From: Lophium mytilinum
Taxonomy: Eukaryota
Length of the DNA stretch: 64,000 nucleotides
Assembly: GCA_010093605.1 (NCBI GenBank)
Contig: MU004191.1
Coordinates: 1,410,816-1,474,815, forward strand
Direction of reading: 5' to 3'
Part shown: in pieces, positions 1-13,680 of the stretch
How positions within the stretch are numbered: position 1 is the first letter of the stretch
Layout of the letters: each line of letters starts with the position of its first letter
Position numbers and translations under genes: made by a program
The notes under the pieces: generated by a model
Told to the model about the DNA's origin: nothing
The model's database searches: none
What the model saw: only the letters and a program-made list of their open reading frames with translations

Positions 1-2717
1 CCCTCGAAGACTGGAGCGGCAGACTGAGCGTGCATCGATCTGGGCTTGTAAAATTTATACACATGCACGGAAGACGGCGGTCAAGATTCCGGGGTGATTG
101 CTCGTAGGTGCGCTCAACTACGTGGCGAAAGTGATAGCTGAGCCGTCGTTCTGTGAAGCGTGCTGTTCCTGAAGAATCTGGATGTCTTGGGAGAAGGGTC
201 AATAGCCCATAAAGTAGTTTGCAGACGAAACAGTCGAATAGGTATCACTCTAGTGGCGGCCGGCTGCAGTGGTGGCCCTGTGTACCAATCCTAGGGCAGC
301 ACGCGCCAACGAACAAGGCCATGTCCAACGGTCGTCTGGCCCTCTGGAGTGCGATAATGTGTAACCAAGGTACAAAAGCTCCCACCGGTACGTCGTCAGA
401 CATGTGCACAGCCCGTCTCCCCCCGTTGAAGGAGCCGGCCGATGAGCCCAGCGCCCTCTGCGGCAACGCACCCGAGACAAGGTCGCCCCCGTCGAGACAG
501 GAAATAGACGAAACATGCGGCCCAAGACAGTGCAAATTTGAGGAGGAAAAGACAAAGAGCTAGACGGCAAGGCACAGTAGCCTAGCGCCGCGGGGTTGGT
601 AGCAACCCACTCCGCATGCGACCCCCACACAATCCCCTTCACTCTTGGTCGTGCTTGGTATTCGTCAGTTTTGTGCGTTTGCTCTCTGCGCGTGGTACCA
701 CGAATTCCGGTTTGGTCGACAGATGGAGTAGTTGCACGTGTTGACTGCTTGCATCGAGAGTCTGCATCTTTGGGTGGCTATTGTCGTTTAATGACCATGC
801 AGTGTAGCAAACGTCGAGGGGAGATCTACGCACACCGAGAGTCCTCTTAGGCCGAATGAAATGCGCCGCGCGAAGAAGCTATTGCGTAGGCGCAGCGTGA
901 AACGGTCGAATACTGTGCCGTGATTTAGTAGTAGACACCATGGCCAACGTGGAAGCGGAGAAAAGAAGAGCAACTCGAAGCGCACTATCAAACTGTGGGG
1001 ACAGCCAGCTCAAAAGATGTGCGTTGATACGGTGAAGCGGGACCATGACAAACAGGTATGAGGATTGCCACGGCCGCATGCCAAGTAGGGAGAATTTCAG
1101 GTGCGCTCTGGCTCCGGTAGAATACCACAACAGATAGGGACATCTCAGCATCCAGAATGACGAGACTGAAGTCGCCATGAAAGGATGGGGTCTGCGATCG
1201 ACCCTGCGTTCGTGCATCCGATATGACGGCGGTGGGTGGACGGCTAATCGTTGCGAGCAAGGCTAGAGCCGCCCTCAGATCAGACGCTGGTTCCCACGAT
1301 GGAGGGGCGTACATCAACGACAGAGCGGTACACCACATCTGGACTGCGGGCCGGTGCACTTTGGGGTAGCCGGCGTCTTGCCAAAGTAGACCCAGTAGCC
1401 GCTACCCCTGTTGCGGAAGATTCGTCAAGTCATCCAGTGCTTTTCCGCAGTAGGAGATGACAGCGATGCAGCAGAGTGGGGCGGCAACGGCGGCGCAAAC
1501 AGAGCCCCTGGAGACGACCCAGCCCGTTACAGTGTCACCGTCTGAGGCGTCATGAGATGAGAATCCCCGGACTTGCCTACACGTGATCTTAAATCACTCC
1601 TTATTGCCAAGGATCGTGGAGAGGTCTCAGTAGGGAACGACATGGTCGTCTCTCCCTTCGCGTGCAGAAGCAGGGACGCGATGAAGCTTAATCCAAAGCG
1701 CGAAAGAGCAGGAGTGCAAACCAACCAAGGCTCAATAACAAAGGAGTCGCTGGCAAACAAGCTAGGGTATCTAGGTGGATGCCTTCGATCGTGATGTTTC
1801 ACAGCAACTCTTTGGTGACGAGCTTTTGGGACGCAGCCCACAAAGTCCTTGCCGATGCGCTAGAGCTCACGTGGTCCTCGCAGAAAATAGCAGAATGAGA
1901 CGTTGCAGAAGCTTTTTGGGGCACATACACAGTGGGCGGTTGAACAACCATTCTGCATAGGAAGAGAAAGAGCACTCGGAGACAGAGAGAACTCCTCAGA
2001 TGTTATTCTATCGTCTGAAGTGCAACGAGCCAAATTTAGTGCAGCTTTGGGCAGTGTGCATGAGCTCTGTGAAACAAAAATCTGCATCGTCGATGCAGAT
2101 TCGGAAGCGGACGAAGCAAGCCACTGGAGGACTGCAGAAGGTCGGACAAAAGAGACAGGTCGGCATCTTAACAAATGCTAAACTAGGACGTGGACGAGCC
2201 GTAGCTAGACGTCAAAGCCACTAAAACGGCCGAGGAGCAAGCAGAAGAAGAAGAAGGCGGGTTAAGTGACGGAAGAGGTGAGCGGGCCTAGCTTTCGGGA
2301 TGCCGAGAGCGTGTGATGGTGCGGAGAAAGGCCCGAGCGAAGAGGAGGCTGCCCGGGAGGCTGAAGAGGCCCGTTCCTAGGTAGGGTAACGGTGGCGACG
2401 ACAGTGAGTGGCTGGGCATTGCCTTCATCCATGGTTCGCGGGCTGGTCTGTGAATCTTCAGGGTTCTGCAGGCGGTTGTGGATGCTGTGCTGCAGCTACC
2501 CGTCAGAGAGGTCCAGTTGCAGAATAATAGCCCGCACGCGCCCTCCCGAGCCCTAAGAGGCCACGGAACGTGAGTAGCCAGCCGTTTGGCTGTTGGCCGC
2601 CATCCAGGTGCTCTCGACAGACACAGACACAGCGTGGATGTTCTCATCTGCACGCCAAATCGGCTTCGTTCCCAGTTGCCGCGTGTCACGCTCGATTGTA
2701 GCGCGGCATTGTGTTTG

Positions 2718-2769
2718 CTGTTGAGCCCGGGTTAGTCCGCCGTCAAATGTACCGGTAGCCAGCGCGTAC
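2718..2769 (-). other. Probable 52-nt spliceosomal intron in a minus-strand transcript leader, divergent from the cyclophilin gene
   Basis: Minus strand reads GTACGC...GGACTAAC...CAACAG: donor, branch point and acceptor in canonical spacing, with the same size as other introns here. No long ORF follows inside the window. Confidence 0.55.
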
Positions 2770-3166
2770 AAGGAGCGACAGTGTGGGAGGACGAGGTTGT
2801 GCTGGGGACGACGGTACGTGAGGCGGAGCAGGATCCAACGAGATGGGTAGACGTGTCCACTGCCTTCGTATCATCAACCAGTAGGTTTCATGGCAAAAGC
2901 ACAAGCGGAGTGCGACGACTGCAAGACTTCCATAGTGAACATGAATAGCTTCATCATGAATGGGGGAATATGCTGCGTTAGGATGGACAGGAGGAGAGGT
3001 GTGATCAGGTATCTTTACGAGTATAGAACAGTCGTGACTAAGTACGAGCTAGCCGAAAGAGGGTCTATCTTTCACGCGATACTAACGTCAACCGCGACCC
3101 TCGAGCTGTCTGCCACTACCCTCACGCATCCTGTTACTCGGCGCACACACTACTACATGAGACGCC

Positions 3167-4701
3167 ATGTCGGTGCTACTGGAGACATCTGTGGGCGACA
3201 TTGTCATTGACCTGCTTGTCACTGAATCCCCTCGGTGTTGCGAAAAGTGAGTCCCTCTGCGCGTCACCAACTGCTTCCTCCCACTTCCAGCGCGAGACTG
3301 AGCCTACAGAACAGAGACTAACACCATATCTCCCATTACTCCAGCTTCCTCAAGCTCTGTAAGATCAAGTACTACAACTTTTCGCCCGTACACAGCGTGC
3401 AGCCAAACTTCTCCTTCCAAACGGGCGACCCCATCGGCCCCGGCTCCAAAGACAGCGATGGCGGCTCCTCCATATGGGGCCTGCTGTCGCCCAACGACCC
3501 GGCGAAGAAGACATTCAAGCCAGAGTTCCACCCAAAGCTGAAGCACGTCGAGCGCGGCACTGTCAGCCTTGCGACCGCGCCCGCCCCCAATGACCCCGAT
3601 GAGCGCCTCGCCGGCAGCCAGTTTATCGTTACACTAGGGGATAACCTGGATTACCTCGATGGCAAAGCTGCCATCTTCGGCACCGTCGTCGAAGGTTTTG
3701 ATGCGCTGGAGAAGATCAACACAGCCTTCGTGGACGAGTCAGGCCGCCCGCTCAAGGACATCCGCATCCGGCACACCGTGGTTCTCGATGATCCCTTCCC
3801 CGACCCACCAGGCTTGACCGCACCAGACGCTAGTCCTGTGCCCACACCCGCCCAGCTCGCTACTGTCCGCATCGCCGACGACGAAGAATTCGCCGAAGAG
3901 GAGGATCAAGAAGCCATGGAAGCGCTCCGGCGCGAGCGCGAAGCCCGCGCGCAGGCCCTTACCTTGGAGATGATGGGTGACCTGCCCTTCGCTGAAGTCA
4001 AGCCCCCGGAGAACGTCCTCTTCGTCTGCAAGCTTAATCCCGTGACGCAAGACGAGGACCTCGAGCTCATTTTCTCGCGCTTCGGCAAGATTCTGTCCTG
4101 TGAGGTCATCAGGGATAAGCGGACCGGCGACAGCCTGCAGTATGCCTTTGTTGAGTTTGAGGAGAAGAAGGATTGCGAGAACGCGTATTTCAAGATGGAT
4201 GGTGTACTGATCGACGATCACCGCATCCACGTTGACTTCTCGCAGAGCGTGAGTCGCTTGTCTGACTCGTGGCGAGATGCGACGAACGCCAAGCGGAAGA
4301 GACAGGGTGGTGGATTCGGCGGCATTGAGAGCTTGGAGAGGAAGAGACAGTACCGGGTAGATGATGGCGCGGAAAGGCAGCGCGAGCGCGAGCGGGAAAA
4401 CAAATATGGTATCGTAATGGACAGAGAGGCGGCAACGAGGCGAGAAGAGGCGAGCAAAGACTTCGAGAACTCGCGAAAGCGCAAGGAAAGGAGTAGTGAG
4501 TATGAGGATCGATGGCGGCCGTCAAGGAGTCGCAGTCCGAAGAGGAGCGACCGACGGGACCGAGACAGCAGGTATTCGGAAAAGCGTAGGGAGCGGAGTC
4601 GAAGTCGAAGTCGGGATCGGTACCGCGACGATCACCGAAGGCGAGATCGAAGTCGTGAGCGCTATAGGGATGGTCGGCGACGTGACCGGGACCGACGGTA
4701 G
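3167..4701 (+). CDS. PPIL4: Peptidyl-prolyl isomerase-like 4 (cyclophilin + RRM + RS/RD-rich tail)
   Basis: Exon 1 (3167-3246) [26 protein letters not shown], intron 3247-3344 (GTGAGT..ACTAAC..CAG), then [13 protein letters not shown]...FQTGDP. RRM motifs [12 protein letters not shown] and [16 protein letters not shown] tail. Confidence 0.95.
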
Positions 4702-6147
4702 ATCAGAAAAGCGCCACAAGCTATTCTTCCTGGACTATCTCGGCTTTTGGCCAGTCTTTTTAGTGTCACGGCTCAACAGTGATGATCTGGATTCTCGGTG
4801 CCGCGTCACTCTGTCACTAGTTCTGTTTTCAAGGCCGCCTCTACACCACGGCTCTGTTTTAGGAGGACAAGGATGCAGTCAAGCTGGAAGACATGTGCTC
4901 TCTCGCCGAACAGGTCTGATAAACCTGCGCAGAGATGCTCGTTACTCGCTCCGCTTCTTCTCTCTGGGCTGCCTGATGGGCTAGTAGAATCTCCGTCCCT
5001 TATGTCAACGACACCGTCAACACCTATACGTCCGCCGGCATCGCGACTGGTGTTCCACTTTGTGACGCTTGTGGTGGGATTGGGGTGATTCAAAGCTTCT
5101 TAAACCGAGTGGCTGCTGTGATCATAATCATGGGCAGCATACAGCAAGCGACTATATTTGTACCTATTTCCAAAAAAAGAAATTCAGATAATTCACTGAT
5201 CCGAGCAGCTTTCAGCTTTTAGAAGCATTGATGCTGTGTGTACTTAAGGTGATAATGAAACTTATTCAAGAGCTCAGTTTATGATTTATATACAGCTAAA
5301 GGTATCTAACATAGCCCACAGGTTACAAAATCTAGGTCATGATTATGTGCGAACGAATCTCCTACCACTCGAGTTCCACCCTTGCTCGTTACACACTACT
5401 GTGCGAAACAGTGAGGCAGTCCAAATCCCATTGTGTCAGCTTTGACATCGTGCTCGAGTTTTCGAAGGCCTATAGGGGTAAGCCAGACAGAGACATACGT
5501 ACATACATGCCTAGAATCCAAGCAAAGCACTGTAGCAAGGACCGATTCTCATGTTTCGATTTGAGTTTCATGTTGTTTCAACAACGGAGTATAGAAGGAG
5601 TGATATAGGAGGGTGGTTCAGCTCGGTGAAAGCTGTTGATACTTTGACTCCGTGCTGGACCAACTTCGCCAGAATTAGAAACTGAGAAACGCCTCCTCAC
5701 CATGCATTTATGAACCCGCCTCCTCTCTGTGTGTACCTGGTAGCCACTGTTCGAGTTAGCTTGACAAGTTTACAGACTGTTCAAGGTGAAGTTGAGATCT
5801 AGAGAAGGCCCTTGTCAGAATTCAAGCAACGGCCTCATCGGAAAAGAGCTGAAATTTTGCTCTTCTACGAAGCAATTTTGCTATCCATCGATTTTCTATG
5901 ATACAATTCGGTAGCTCAATTCAATAAGCTCAATTCTACGCCTACTACCAAGCCCTGTTTCGGCAATTTTAGGCCCCAATCCCAAGTCCAAACCTGGAAA
6001 GCCACCGACGCCAAGGCAGTATGCTAAAAGGAAAAGGCTAAAGCAATCTCAAGAGAATCACATCTGAAAGCCTCCAATTCGCCGCTGTTTGTTATTCATT
6101 TTCTGGATTTTCAGAGGTACCTGAGCTGAGAATCTGTGCTCCCACTC

Positions 6148-9100
6148 TCAATCTCTCACGCTGATTCCAGTACGGGTGGTGAACATGCGCGCGGCAATGT
6201 TCATACTGGCCAGCTCCTGAAACAGCAGCTTCGCCGCATACGGAATCTGGACCTGCGAGATCTTGGTCTTGTTGTGGCAAGGGCGGCACTCGTACTCGCC
6301 TCTCTTGATTTGACTGTCGAGTATAGTTAGTATATAGCTTCCTGAAAAGAGGGAGGGGGTTTCATACGCGATTGGACTCATCAGCCCGCAGATATCACAG
6401 ATGTGCACGCGATACGCATCCGAGACCTCGAACAACCGCTCCTTCAAGAAGGCTGCTGCGCCATGCGAAATCATGCAATCACGTTCCATCTCTCCGAAAC
6501 GCAGGCCGCCGTCTCTCGCACGACCCTCGACGGGCTGTCGGGTAAGAATCTGTAGGGGTCCTCGGGCACGCGCGTGGATTTTGTCGTCCACCATATGGCG
6601 CAGACGCTGGTAATAGGTAGGACCAAGGAAAACCTGAGCAACCATCTTTCTGCCAGTATGGCCCTGGTACATGACCTCAAAACCACGACTATGGTAGCCG
6701 TGATGGCGGAGAATATCGGAAACGCTCTGGACGGTGACGTCGGTGAAAGGAGTAGCGTCCCCTTCAGCGCCACGGAGAGAACCGACCTTTGACAACAGAC
6801 ATTCGATCAAATGAGCAATCGTCATTCGAGAAGGAATGGCGTGTGGGTTGATGATGATGTCTGGAGTGAGCCCCTCGCGAGTGAATGGCATGTCTTCTTG
6901 GCGGTACGTAATACCAATCGTACCCTTCTGACCGTGACGGGAGGCAAATTTATCACCGATCTGCGGAATCTTCGTCGTACGCGTGCGCACTTTGACAAAC
7001 CGGAGACCCTCAGTGTTGGTAGTGAATAGCACCTGATCGATGATGCCGTTTTCAGTATGTCGAAGCGGTGTGGACACATCACGCTTTGTGTGCATGATGG
7101 TCTTCTGGCCCAGCTCATTAGCGTCTGGCGGAATAGGAGCTGTCTTTCCAATGATAACATCATCTCCAGACACACGAACTCCAGGTGCAACGACACCGTC
7201 GTCGTCAAGCTTATCGTAGGTCCCGCCCTTCATGCGGAGCGTGTCACTACGAGTCGGCTTCTCGAACTGCTCGAGAACGTTGACACCAATACGCTTCTCC
7301 TGTTCCGTGTATGACCGGTAGAACAGGCTCCTGAATAGACCTCTGTCGATGCTGCTTTGATTCATGATAACAGAATCTTCCTGGTTGTAACCAGAATAGC
7401 AGGCAATAGCCACAATTGCATTCTGGCCAGCAGGGAGCTCTCGGAACCTAAGATACTCCATGGACCGCGTTGTAGCCAGCGGTTTCTGAGGATAGTAGAG
7501 TACGTTCATCATAGTCTCCATACGTAGAGCATAGTTCGTAATCGCAACTCCCATGGCTTGTTTACCCATAGCGGACTGGTAAGTATTACGAGGAGACTGG
7601 TTGTGGTCTGGGAATGGAATAATGCTGGCGCAAATCCCGAGGATCATACTTGGGTGAATCTCACAATGCGTATATGTTTTCACCGTTGGGTTTGGTTTCG
7701 GTTTGATCCGCGTGAACCCATCTGCACCGTCCTCATCGCCTTCGAAGGTTCCCTGGCTTGCACGAGAATGGTCGACCAGGTCGTCTGGTGTCATGATAAT
7801 CATGGCAGCCTCTTCCTCTTCAGCATCCAAGTACTCCACCACACCACTGTGGAGGAGACCTTTCCAGCCGAACTGGACTTCAGATTTCTCATCGTCGCTC
7901 ATGCCTGTGGTGTCCACAAGTTTATCGTCATGGAGCTTTTGAACATGAGACTTGTCCAGCACTAACATTCCGCGATTGGGTTTTCTTGGATTGTTTTCAA
8001 CAACGAACAGAGGGCGCATAACTCGGCCGGCATCAGTGAAGATTTTGAACTCTCGATCGCGAATATCCCGAACAAGACTCATTTCGTACGACAGGACACC
8101 ACTTCTACGTAGTTCCTGCACAACGTTTACGAGCTGAGATGGTTGCGTATGTACACCGACCCACACGCCGTTAACGAAGATTTTGGTTGCGTTTGGATTC
8201 AAGGTGGGGTCATATTCCTCGAGCAGCTCCATGTTGCGTTGAGTCATGAAGTCGGTAATCGGTGTGCTCTCGCTGCCCACAGAGACGTAGCACATCAGTG
8301 AGAGGTTTTTCACCAATCCACAGGCCTGTCCTTCCGGAGTTTCTGCCGGACATACCAAACCCCAGTGGGTGTTGTGCAATTGGCGCGGTTTTGCGAGCTT
8401 CCCGTCGCGGCCAACTGGTGTGTTGGTCCGTCGTAAATGAGATAATGTCGACGAATAAGTGTAACGATTAAGGACCTGTGAAACCCCAGCTTTGGATGAG
8501 GCGGCCTTCTTTTGATCGCCCCAATTGCCAGTGGCTAGGGAGTACTTGAGTCCATTTGTGATGATACTGGCTTTGACCGCTAGCGCGATGCTGAACTCCT
8601 GACCATGTTCCACGCATTTCTGGAGGTACTTGTAGATATCCTTGGTCAGCCGAAGGAATAGTTGCCTGAAAAGATTGGCAATCAGGGGACCTGCGAGATC
8701 TAAACGCTTCTTTCCGAAATGGTCCCGATCGTCTTCGTCGCGTCGGCCAAGAACACACTGGAGAAGACGGTGGATCATGTAACCAAGGAAAAAGGCTTTC
8801 CTCGTGTCTTGGCCCTCCTTCTGAGATATATGTGGCAAGAATTCTCGCTGCATGATGTCCCGCGCGTACTTCAGACGCTTGTCCCGAGTACCGGTATTTT
8901 GGCCACGCTTCGCGATCCAATCTAGCGCGGTCTCCCGATCTTGTATCATGGCGCCTTCCTCTATGCTAGGCTTGAGCAGCTCGAGCATTTGGGTGTCGTT
9001 CCGGTCGTAGACGATATGATTCAAAATCTCTTCGTCGGACACAACTCCCAGCGCACGGAAAACAACAGATATCGGGACGTCTGCTTTGATGTATGGGAGA

Positions 9101-9990
9101 GTGGCGTAAGCGTAGGGACCGGGCTGTCGCTTGACGATCATGGAGTTCTCTGTCCACTTGATGTTGAAGGTAGAGATAAGACGAGATCCCTTCTCAACCG
9201 CACTGCGAATTTCAGCCGTCCAAGGAATGGGGCCTTGCTTCTTTCGGAACACCTGAACTATGTTCGCGGCACTCCGTTCTTGAGCAATGAGTACTTTCTC
9301 AGAGCCGTTGATGATGAAGTATCCACCTTGATCATAGGGACACTCCTTTTCCTGGTACAGCTTCTCGTCCGACTGATTTCGCAGATGGCACATCTCCGAG
9401 CGCAACATGACGGGCAGCTTGCCGATGAAAACGCGATTCGCTTCATCGTCGAGGTCGACTGGCACATCGCTAGGGTCCTCTTCTTCCCAATATAGTTCCG
9501 TTCCCCCAGACGTGTTGTTGTCGACGTCCATGTCGTCCCCGCCGGGATTCGCCGTGATGGGTCGTTCCCGGGCAACCATCTTCTTGTGCTGGATATTGGC
9601 CATCAAAGCCCCAGAGTAGGTGAGATTTCGCAGACGGGCCTCGTGTGGAGTCATGGCCATAGTAACACCATCACCTTCAGTATGCGTAGGGCGCGCCAAC
9701 GAGACTCTGCCAAAGTGTATCTCATATCGCCGCTTGATGATGGGATCATCGTCCTCACTGTAGGGCGCATTCTGGTCCAGAATGACGTGGCCGTTCTCCT
9801 TCACAATATCCTGGATTGTGTTGCGCGTGAACTCGTCGTACGAGTCCAGCTGCTGCGAGACCAGACCCTTTTGGAGGAAGAAAGAAGATATAACGGTCCA
9901 GCAGTCCTCGGCCGTTATCATATCGGTATCCTCCACGTCTCCCTCCTCCAAGTACTCTTCATCATCATATCCGTCACCATTGTAAGCCAT
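6148..9990 (-). CDS. RPB2: DNA-directed RNA polymerase II second-largest subunit
   Basis: 1280-aa ORF with [52 protein letters not shown] and a C-terminal zinc ribbon; one 54-nt intron at 6314-6367. Confidence 0.99.
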   Translation of the reverse strand: MAYNGDGYDDEEYLEEGDVEDTDMITAEDCWTVISSFFLQKGLVSQQLDSYDEFTRNTIQDIVKENGHVILDQNAPYSEDDDPIIKRRYEIHFGRVSLARPTHTEGDGVTMAMTPHEARLRNLTYSGALMANIQHKKMVARERPITANPGGDDMDVDNNTSGGTELYWEEEDPSDVPVDLDDEANRVFIGKLPVMLRSEMCHLRNQSDEKLYQEKECPYDQGGYFIINGSEKVLIAQERSAANIVQVFRKKQGPIPWTAEIRSAVEKGSRLISTFNIKWTENSMIVKRQPGPYAYATLPYIKADVPISVVFRALGVVSDEEILNHIVYDRNDTQMLELLKPSIEEGAMIQDRETALDWIAKRGQNTGTRDKRLKYARDIMQREFLPHISQKEGQDTRKAFFLGYMIHRLLQCVLGRRDEDDRDHFGKKRLDLAGPLIANLFRQLFLRLTKDIYKYLQKCVEHGQEFSIALAVKASIITNGLKYSLATGNWGDQKKAASSKAGVSQVLNRYTYSSTLSHLRRTNTPVGRDGKLAKPRQLHNTHWGLVCPAETPEGQACGLVKNLSLMCYVSVGSESTPITDFMTQRNMELLEEYDPTLNPNATKIFVNGVWVGVHTQPSQLVNVVQELRRSGVLSYEMSLVRDIRDREFKIFTDAGRVMRPLFVVENNPRKPNRGMLVLDKSHVQKLHDDKLVDTTGMSDDEKSEVQFGWKGLLHSGVVEYLDAEEEEAAMIIMTPDDLVDHSRASQGTFEGDEDGADGFTRIKPKPNPTVKTYTHCEIHPSMILGICASIIPFPDHNQSPRNTYQSAMGKQAMGVAITNYALRMETMMNVLYYPQKPLATTRSMEYLRFRELPAGQNAIVAIACYSGYNQEDSVIMNQSSIDRGLFRSLFYRSYTEQEKRIGVNVLEQFEKPTRSDTLRMKGGTYDKLDDDGVVAPGVRVSGDDVIIGKTAPIPPDANELGQKTIMHTKRDVSTPLRHTENGIIDQVLFTTNTEGLRFVKVRTRTTKIPQIGDKFASRHGQKGTIGITYRQEDMPFTREGLTPDIIINPHAIPSRMTIAHLIECLLSKVGSLRGAEGDATPFTDVTVQSVSDILRHHGYHSRGFEVMYQGHTGRKMVAQVFLGPTYYQRLRHMVDDKIHARARGPLQILTRQPVEGRARDGGLRFGEMERDCMISHGAAAFLKERLFEVSDAYRVHICDICGLMSPIAYETPSLFSGSYILTILDSQIKRGEYECRPCHNKTKISQVQIPYAAKLLFQELASMNIAARMFTTRTGISVRD

Positions 9991-10632
9991 GTTGGCGATA
10001 GCGTTAGGAAGCTACGTGTGGGAGGCTTCGAGGTTGGGCAGCGCAAGTGAGGTATACGGCTTCGAGGACAGCGCGCGGCGCTGCGCAGTCAGCGGAGGTC
10101 GAGCGAGATCACCTAGGCGCTGGTAGCAGAAACGTCAGATTAGCTTGAAGAGCCCAGCAAGTATCCAGAGTGGTGCGCTCGTGAGGTGCTGCGACGGCGG
10201 CGCGAGGTGGCGGGTGAAGGAGGAGCTGGAGTCCTTGAGGTTCACGGCACGGGTGCTAACAAAGCCAAAGCAGGGGGCCTTGGCGCAAGCGCTCTTTGAC
10301 ACCAACCACGTGACTACGCTCCACTTTTCGAAAAGTATTGCAGTCGCGCAACAGCGCAACGCCTCTTCACTCGATCATATAAGGCTGTCCAGAGTGGTTT
10401 GGCATAATGATGACAGCCTCATCCGCATAGTAGATTGTCACAATGCACAGGCTGTAGGCTCCACAACCCACGTCAAAGGGGCAGATATCTGGACTACAAG
10501 AGTGAACTCGCTCTGGATACCTGAACGTTCATCAAGCAACCAAAGGTAGTGGTAGAATGGTGTAGACAGATCTATTCCGACGAAGCACATCTAGTAGAAA
10601 CGCACATGGCAATACTAGTAGTAGACTCTCTT

Positions 10633-11754
10633 CTAGATCTTACTCTGCCCTTCCTGAGGTATCTTCACCACTACCTTGCCCCAGCTCTCCCTCCCACCCA
10701 GCGCTTGAAGGGCTGCTGGAACACTCTCTAGTCCTACGTACTCCTTGTCTGTGAAGCACGTCCCTCTGTATTTCCCGGACTCCGTCAACTCATATAGCCC
10801 CTCCCACACTTTTTCTATCGCCTCGGGCTCGTTTATCGAGTATGCACCCCAATGCAACCCGACGACGCTCACGTTCTTGAGCAGGATTCTGTTGGTGGCC
10901 ATTTTCTCAATATCTCCTGCAGCAAAACCAATGACGAGGAGTCGGCCGTTCCAGGCTATACACTTCATCGACTGGCCAATGAGCCCGACAGGATCGTAGA
11001 CGATATCGACACCGCGGCCCTTAGGTGTCAGCTTTTTGACCTTCTCAGGCCAGTCGCTTTGGCGGTAGTCGATCGCATGGTCTGCGCCAAACGATCGCGC
11101 TACATCAAGCTTATGCTGAGTCCCCGCGGTTGCAATGACAGTCGCGCCGAACGCCTTCGCAATCTGAACTGCAGCAAGTCCCACACCTCCAGCTGCAGCA
11201 TGTACAAGAACCCAGTCCCCTGTGGGTTTGTTAGCCATACATCGCAAGTCAATAAGAATCGGCAGCTCTGACCCTTCTTGATGCCCGCCCGTGTAACCAG
11301 TGCAGCATAGCTAGTAGGGCCGGTCACAAAGACGCCCGCGGCATCGAAGAAGCTCCAGCCCCTGGGCATTGGACGCAGACGGTCCTCAGGTGCGGCGACC
11401 TGGGTAGCATAACCGCCTTGACTAGCCCCGAACACCTTGTCCCCAACCTTGAACTTGGGTGCCCGGCCGCCGGGGAGGGACGAGGGCGCTTTCGTGATCA
11501 CACCGGAGAACTCAGAGCCTGATATCCAGGGGAAAGGCGGTTGGCTTTGGTATTTTCCGCGAATCTGGAGGAGATCGAAGAAATTGGTCGCGGTGGCATG
11601 GATGGCGATGAGGTACTCGTCGGACTTGGGGACGGGGTCGGGCAGGGTGCTGATCTTGAGCTCTTCAGGGCCCTGTAGTTGTCAGTGAATACTCCGCAGT
11701 GATTGATGGTGTAGAGAGTACCTTGACATATTCAGTGACTTGAATAGCACGCAT
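10633..11754 (-). CDS. Zeta-crystallin / NADPH:quinone oxidoreductase-like MDR-family enzyme
   Basis: Three exons: MRAIQVTEYVK | GPEELKI...NFFDLLQIRGKYQ...GSEFSG | GDWVLVHAAAGGVG (NADPH-binding motif) ...GKVVVKIPQEGQSKI. Confidence 0.9.
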
Positions 11755-12243
11755 CTTGCAAGCAGGTCTCGATTACAAGCACTGGGTATATTATTACAAC
11801 AGAAGAGATGGAAAGCAACTGTCCTACGAGAACTTCTAAGGTTGTTCGTGGTGTAAGGCGTGCGGGCAGCTATGACCGTCAGCGGCCATGTTAAAGCGAC
11901 GCGGAGGTGAAGGATGCCTCGGTCAAAGCAGCTCGGTTCGTTTGTGCTCGACCTACCCCCGCTAAGTCGGTCTAGCAGTTCCTCTCGCGGTGGCTGAAAG
12001 ACTCGCGGTGGCGCAGGTGCTGTCTGTCATCTGGCTCCGTCATTTCGGTCGACTTCCATCAACTACTGTACGCCAGAAGAACACGCAGCAACACCCTGAA
12101 AGACAACCACGTCCACCCGATTCTGGCTGCTCCCTGCCTATATTTTGGCCACAACCACAGTCCCCTTGATCGCCCCACATCACCTCTACATAGGTAGCCT
12201 CGCCTCTCCGACCCCGCCGCGTCTCCCACCACTACCTATCGCC

Positions 12244-13680
12244 ATGGCCGACGACGCCACAGCAGCTTCTGCTGAAGAGACGCAGGTCACCTTCAACGTC
12301 AAGTCTTCGAGCGATGCCAAATACGTTCTCACCGTGCCCGCGTCCATCACCGTCGCCGACATCAAGACGAAGCTGTCCGGTTCAGACTACGCCGACCTGC
12401 CCGTCGAACGCCAACGTCTGATATACTCTGGCCGCGTGCTCAAGGACCACGATACACTAGCCAGCGTCAAGATCAAGGACGGACACACTGTTCATCTCGT
12501 CAAGGGCGCCGCCAGCAACGCCCGCCAGAATCCCGCTAATCACGGCTCGAGCACCACAAGCAGCACGCCAGCCGCGCCTCAAGTACCTACAAATCTCGCC
12601 ACAGGCACCGGCCACGATCCCCTCGCAGGTTTGACGGGCGCGAGATATGCGGGCTTTCACGGTCTCCCGGGTGCCGACACGTTCGGCCCAGATGGCGGAG
12701 TGAATACTCCCCCACCTCTTTTAATAACTTTAACTGACTGCTCATAGATGGGACCTCCAGACCCTTCTCAGATGCTCAGGATGATGGACGACCCGAACTT
12801 CCTTCAACAAATGAACGAGGCCATGGAGAACCCCGCGATCCAAAGCATGCTCACCAATCACCCCATGCTCCGCGACAACCCCGCGATACAGCAAGCCCTC
12901 CGGAACCCAGAAATGCGTCGTATGATGTTCAGCCCAGAGATGATGCGCATGCAGCTACAAATGCAGCAACAACAGATGAACAGGGGAGGCGGTGACTTTC
13001 CAGCACCCGGCGTCACTGATACCACACCACAGGCTGGGGGAACAGGTGCCAACCCCGCCCAACCCGCTCTAAATCCCATGGCCATGTTCGGCGGCGGCGC
13101 AGGAGGTCAAACCAACCCCTTCGCTTCGCTCTTCGGACCAGGCGCTGCCAATCCCTTCGCACCGAATCCCAATTCCAACACCACGCCCGCCACATCGCCT
13201 CCAGCCACAGCCTCCGCAGGCCAGGGCACGCCCGCAAACCCAACACCCTCGACCCAACCCGCTAACCCCTTCGCAAACCTCTTCGGCAACGCTGCCCAGC
13301 CTGGGGGCCAGGATCCGATGGCCCAAATGACACAGCAGATGATGCAGAACCCGGACATGATGCGCGCCGCGATGCAAATGCTCGGAGGCATGGGCGGCGG
13401 AGCCGGCGCCGCTCCTCCAGCTACTGGCGACGCGGCCGCGAATCCCTTCGCAAACCTGTTCGGCCCAGGAGGAGGCTTTCCAGCCGGCTTCCCAGCATTC
13501 GGGGGCGCAGCGTCACCGCCACCGCCTGCCGACACTCGGCCTCCCGAGGAAGTCTATGAGAGCCAGCTGCGGCAGCTGAACGACATGGGGTTCTACGAGT
13601 TCGAGCGGAATGTGTCGGCGCTGCGGCGGAGTGGGGGCAGCGTGCAAGGCGCGATTGAGCACTTGCTCGGTGGATCATGA
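12244..13680 (+). CDS. DSK2: Ubiquilin/Dsk2 (UBL - STI1-like - UBA)
   Basis: UBL (QRLIYSGRVLKD...GHTVHLVK), intron 12700-12747, M/Q/P-rich STI1-like repeats, UBA (YESQLRQLNDMGF...SVQGAIEHLL). Confidence 0.95.

Noticed and set aside
2865..2960. Two box C-like TGATGA motifs on the minus strand
   Set aside because: No box D (CTGA) at snoRNA distance and no rRNA-complementary guide recognised.
5610..5680. tRNA A-box-like TGGTTCAGCTCGG
   Set aside because: No T-loop (GTTCRA) at the proper distance and no acceptor stem.
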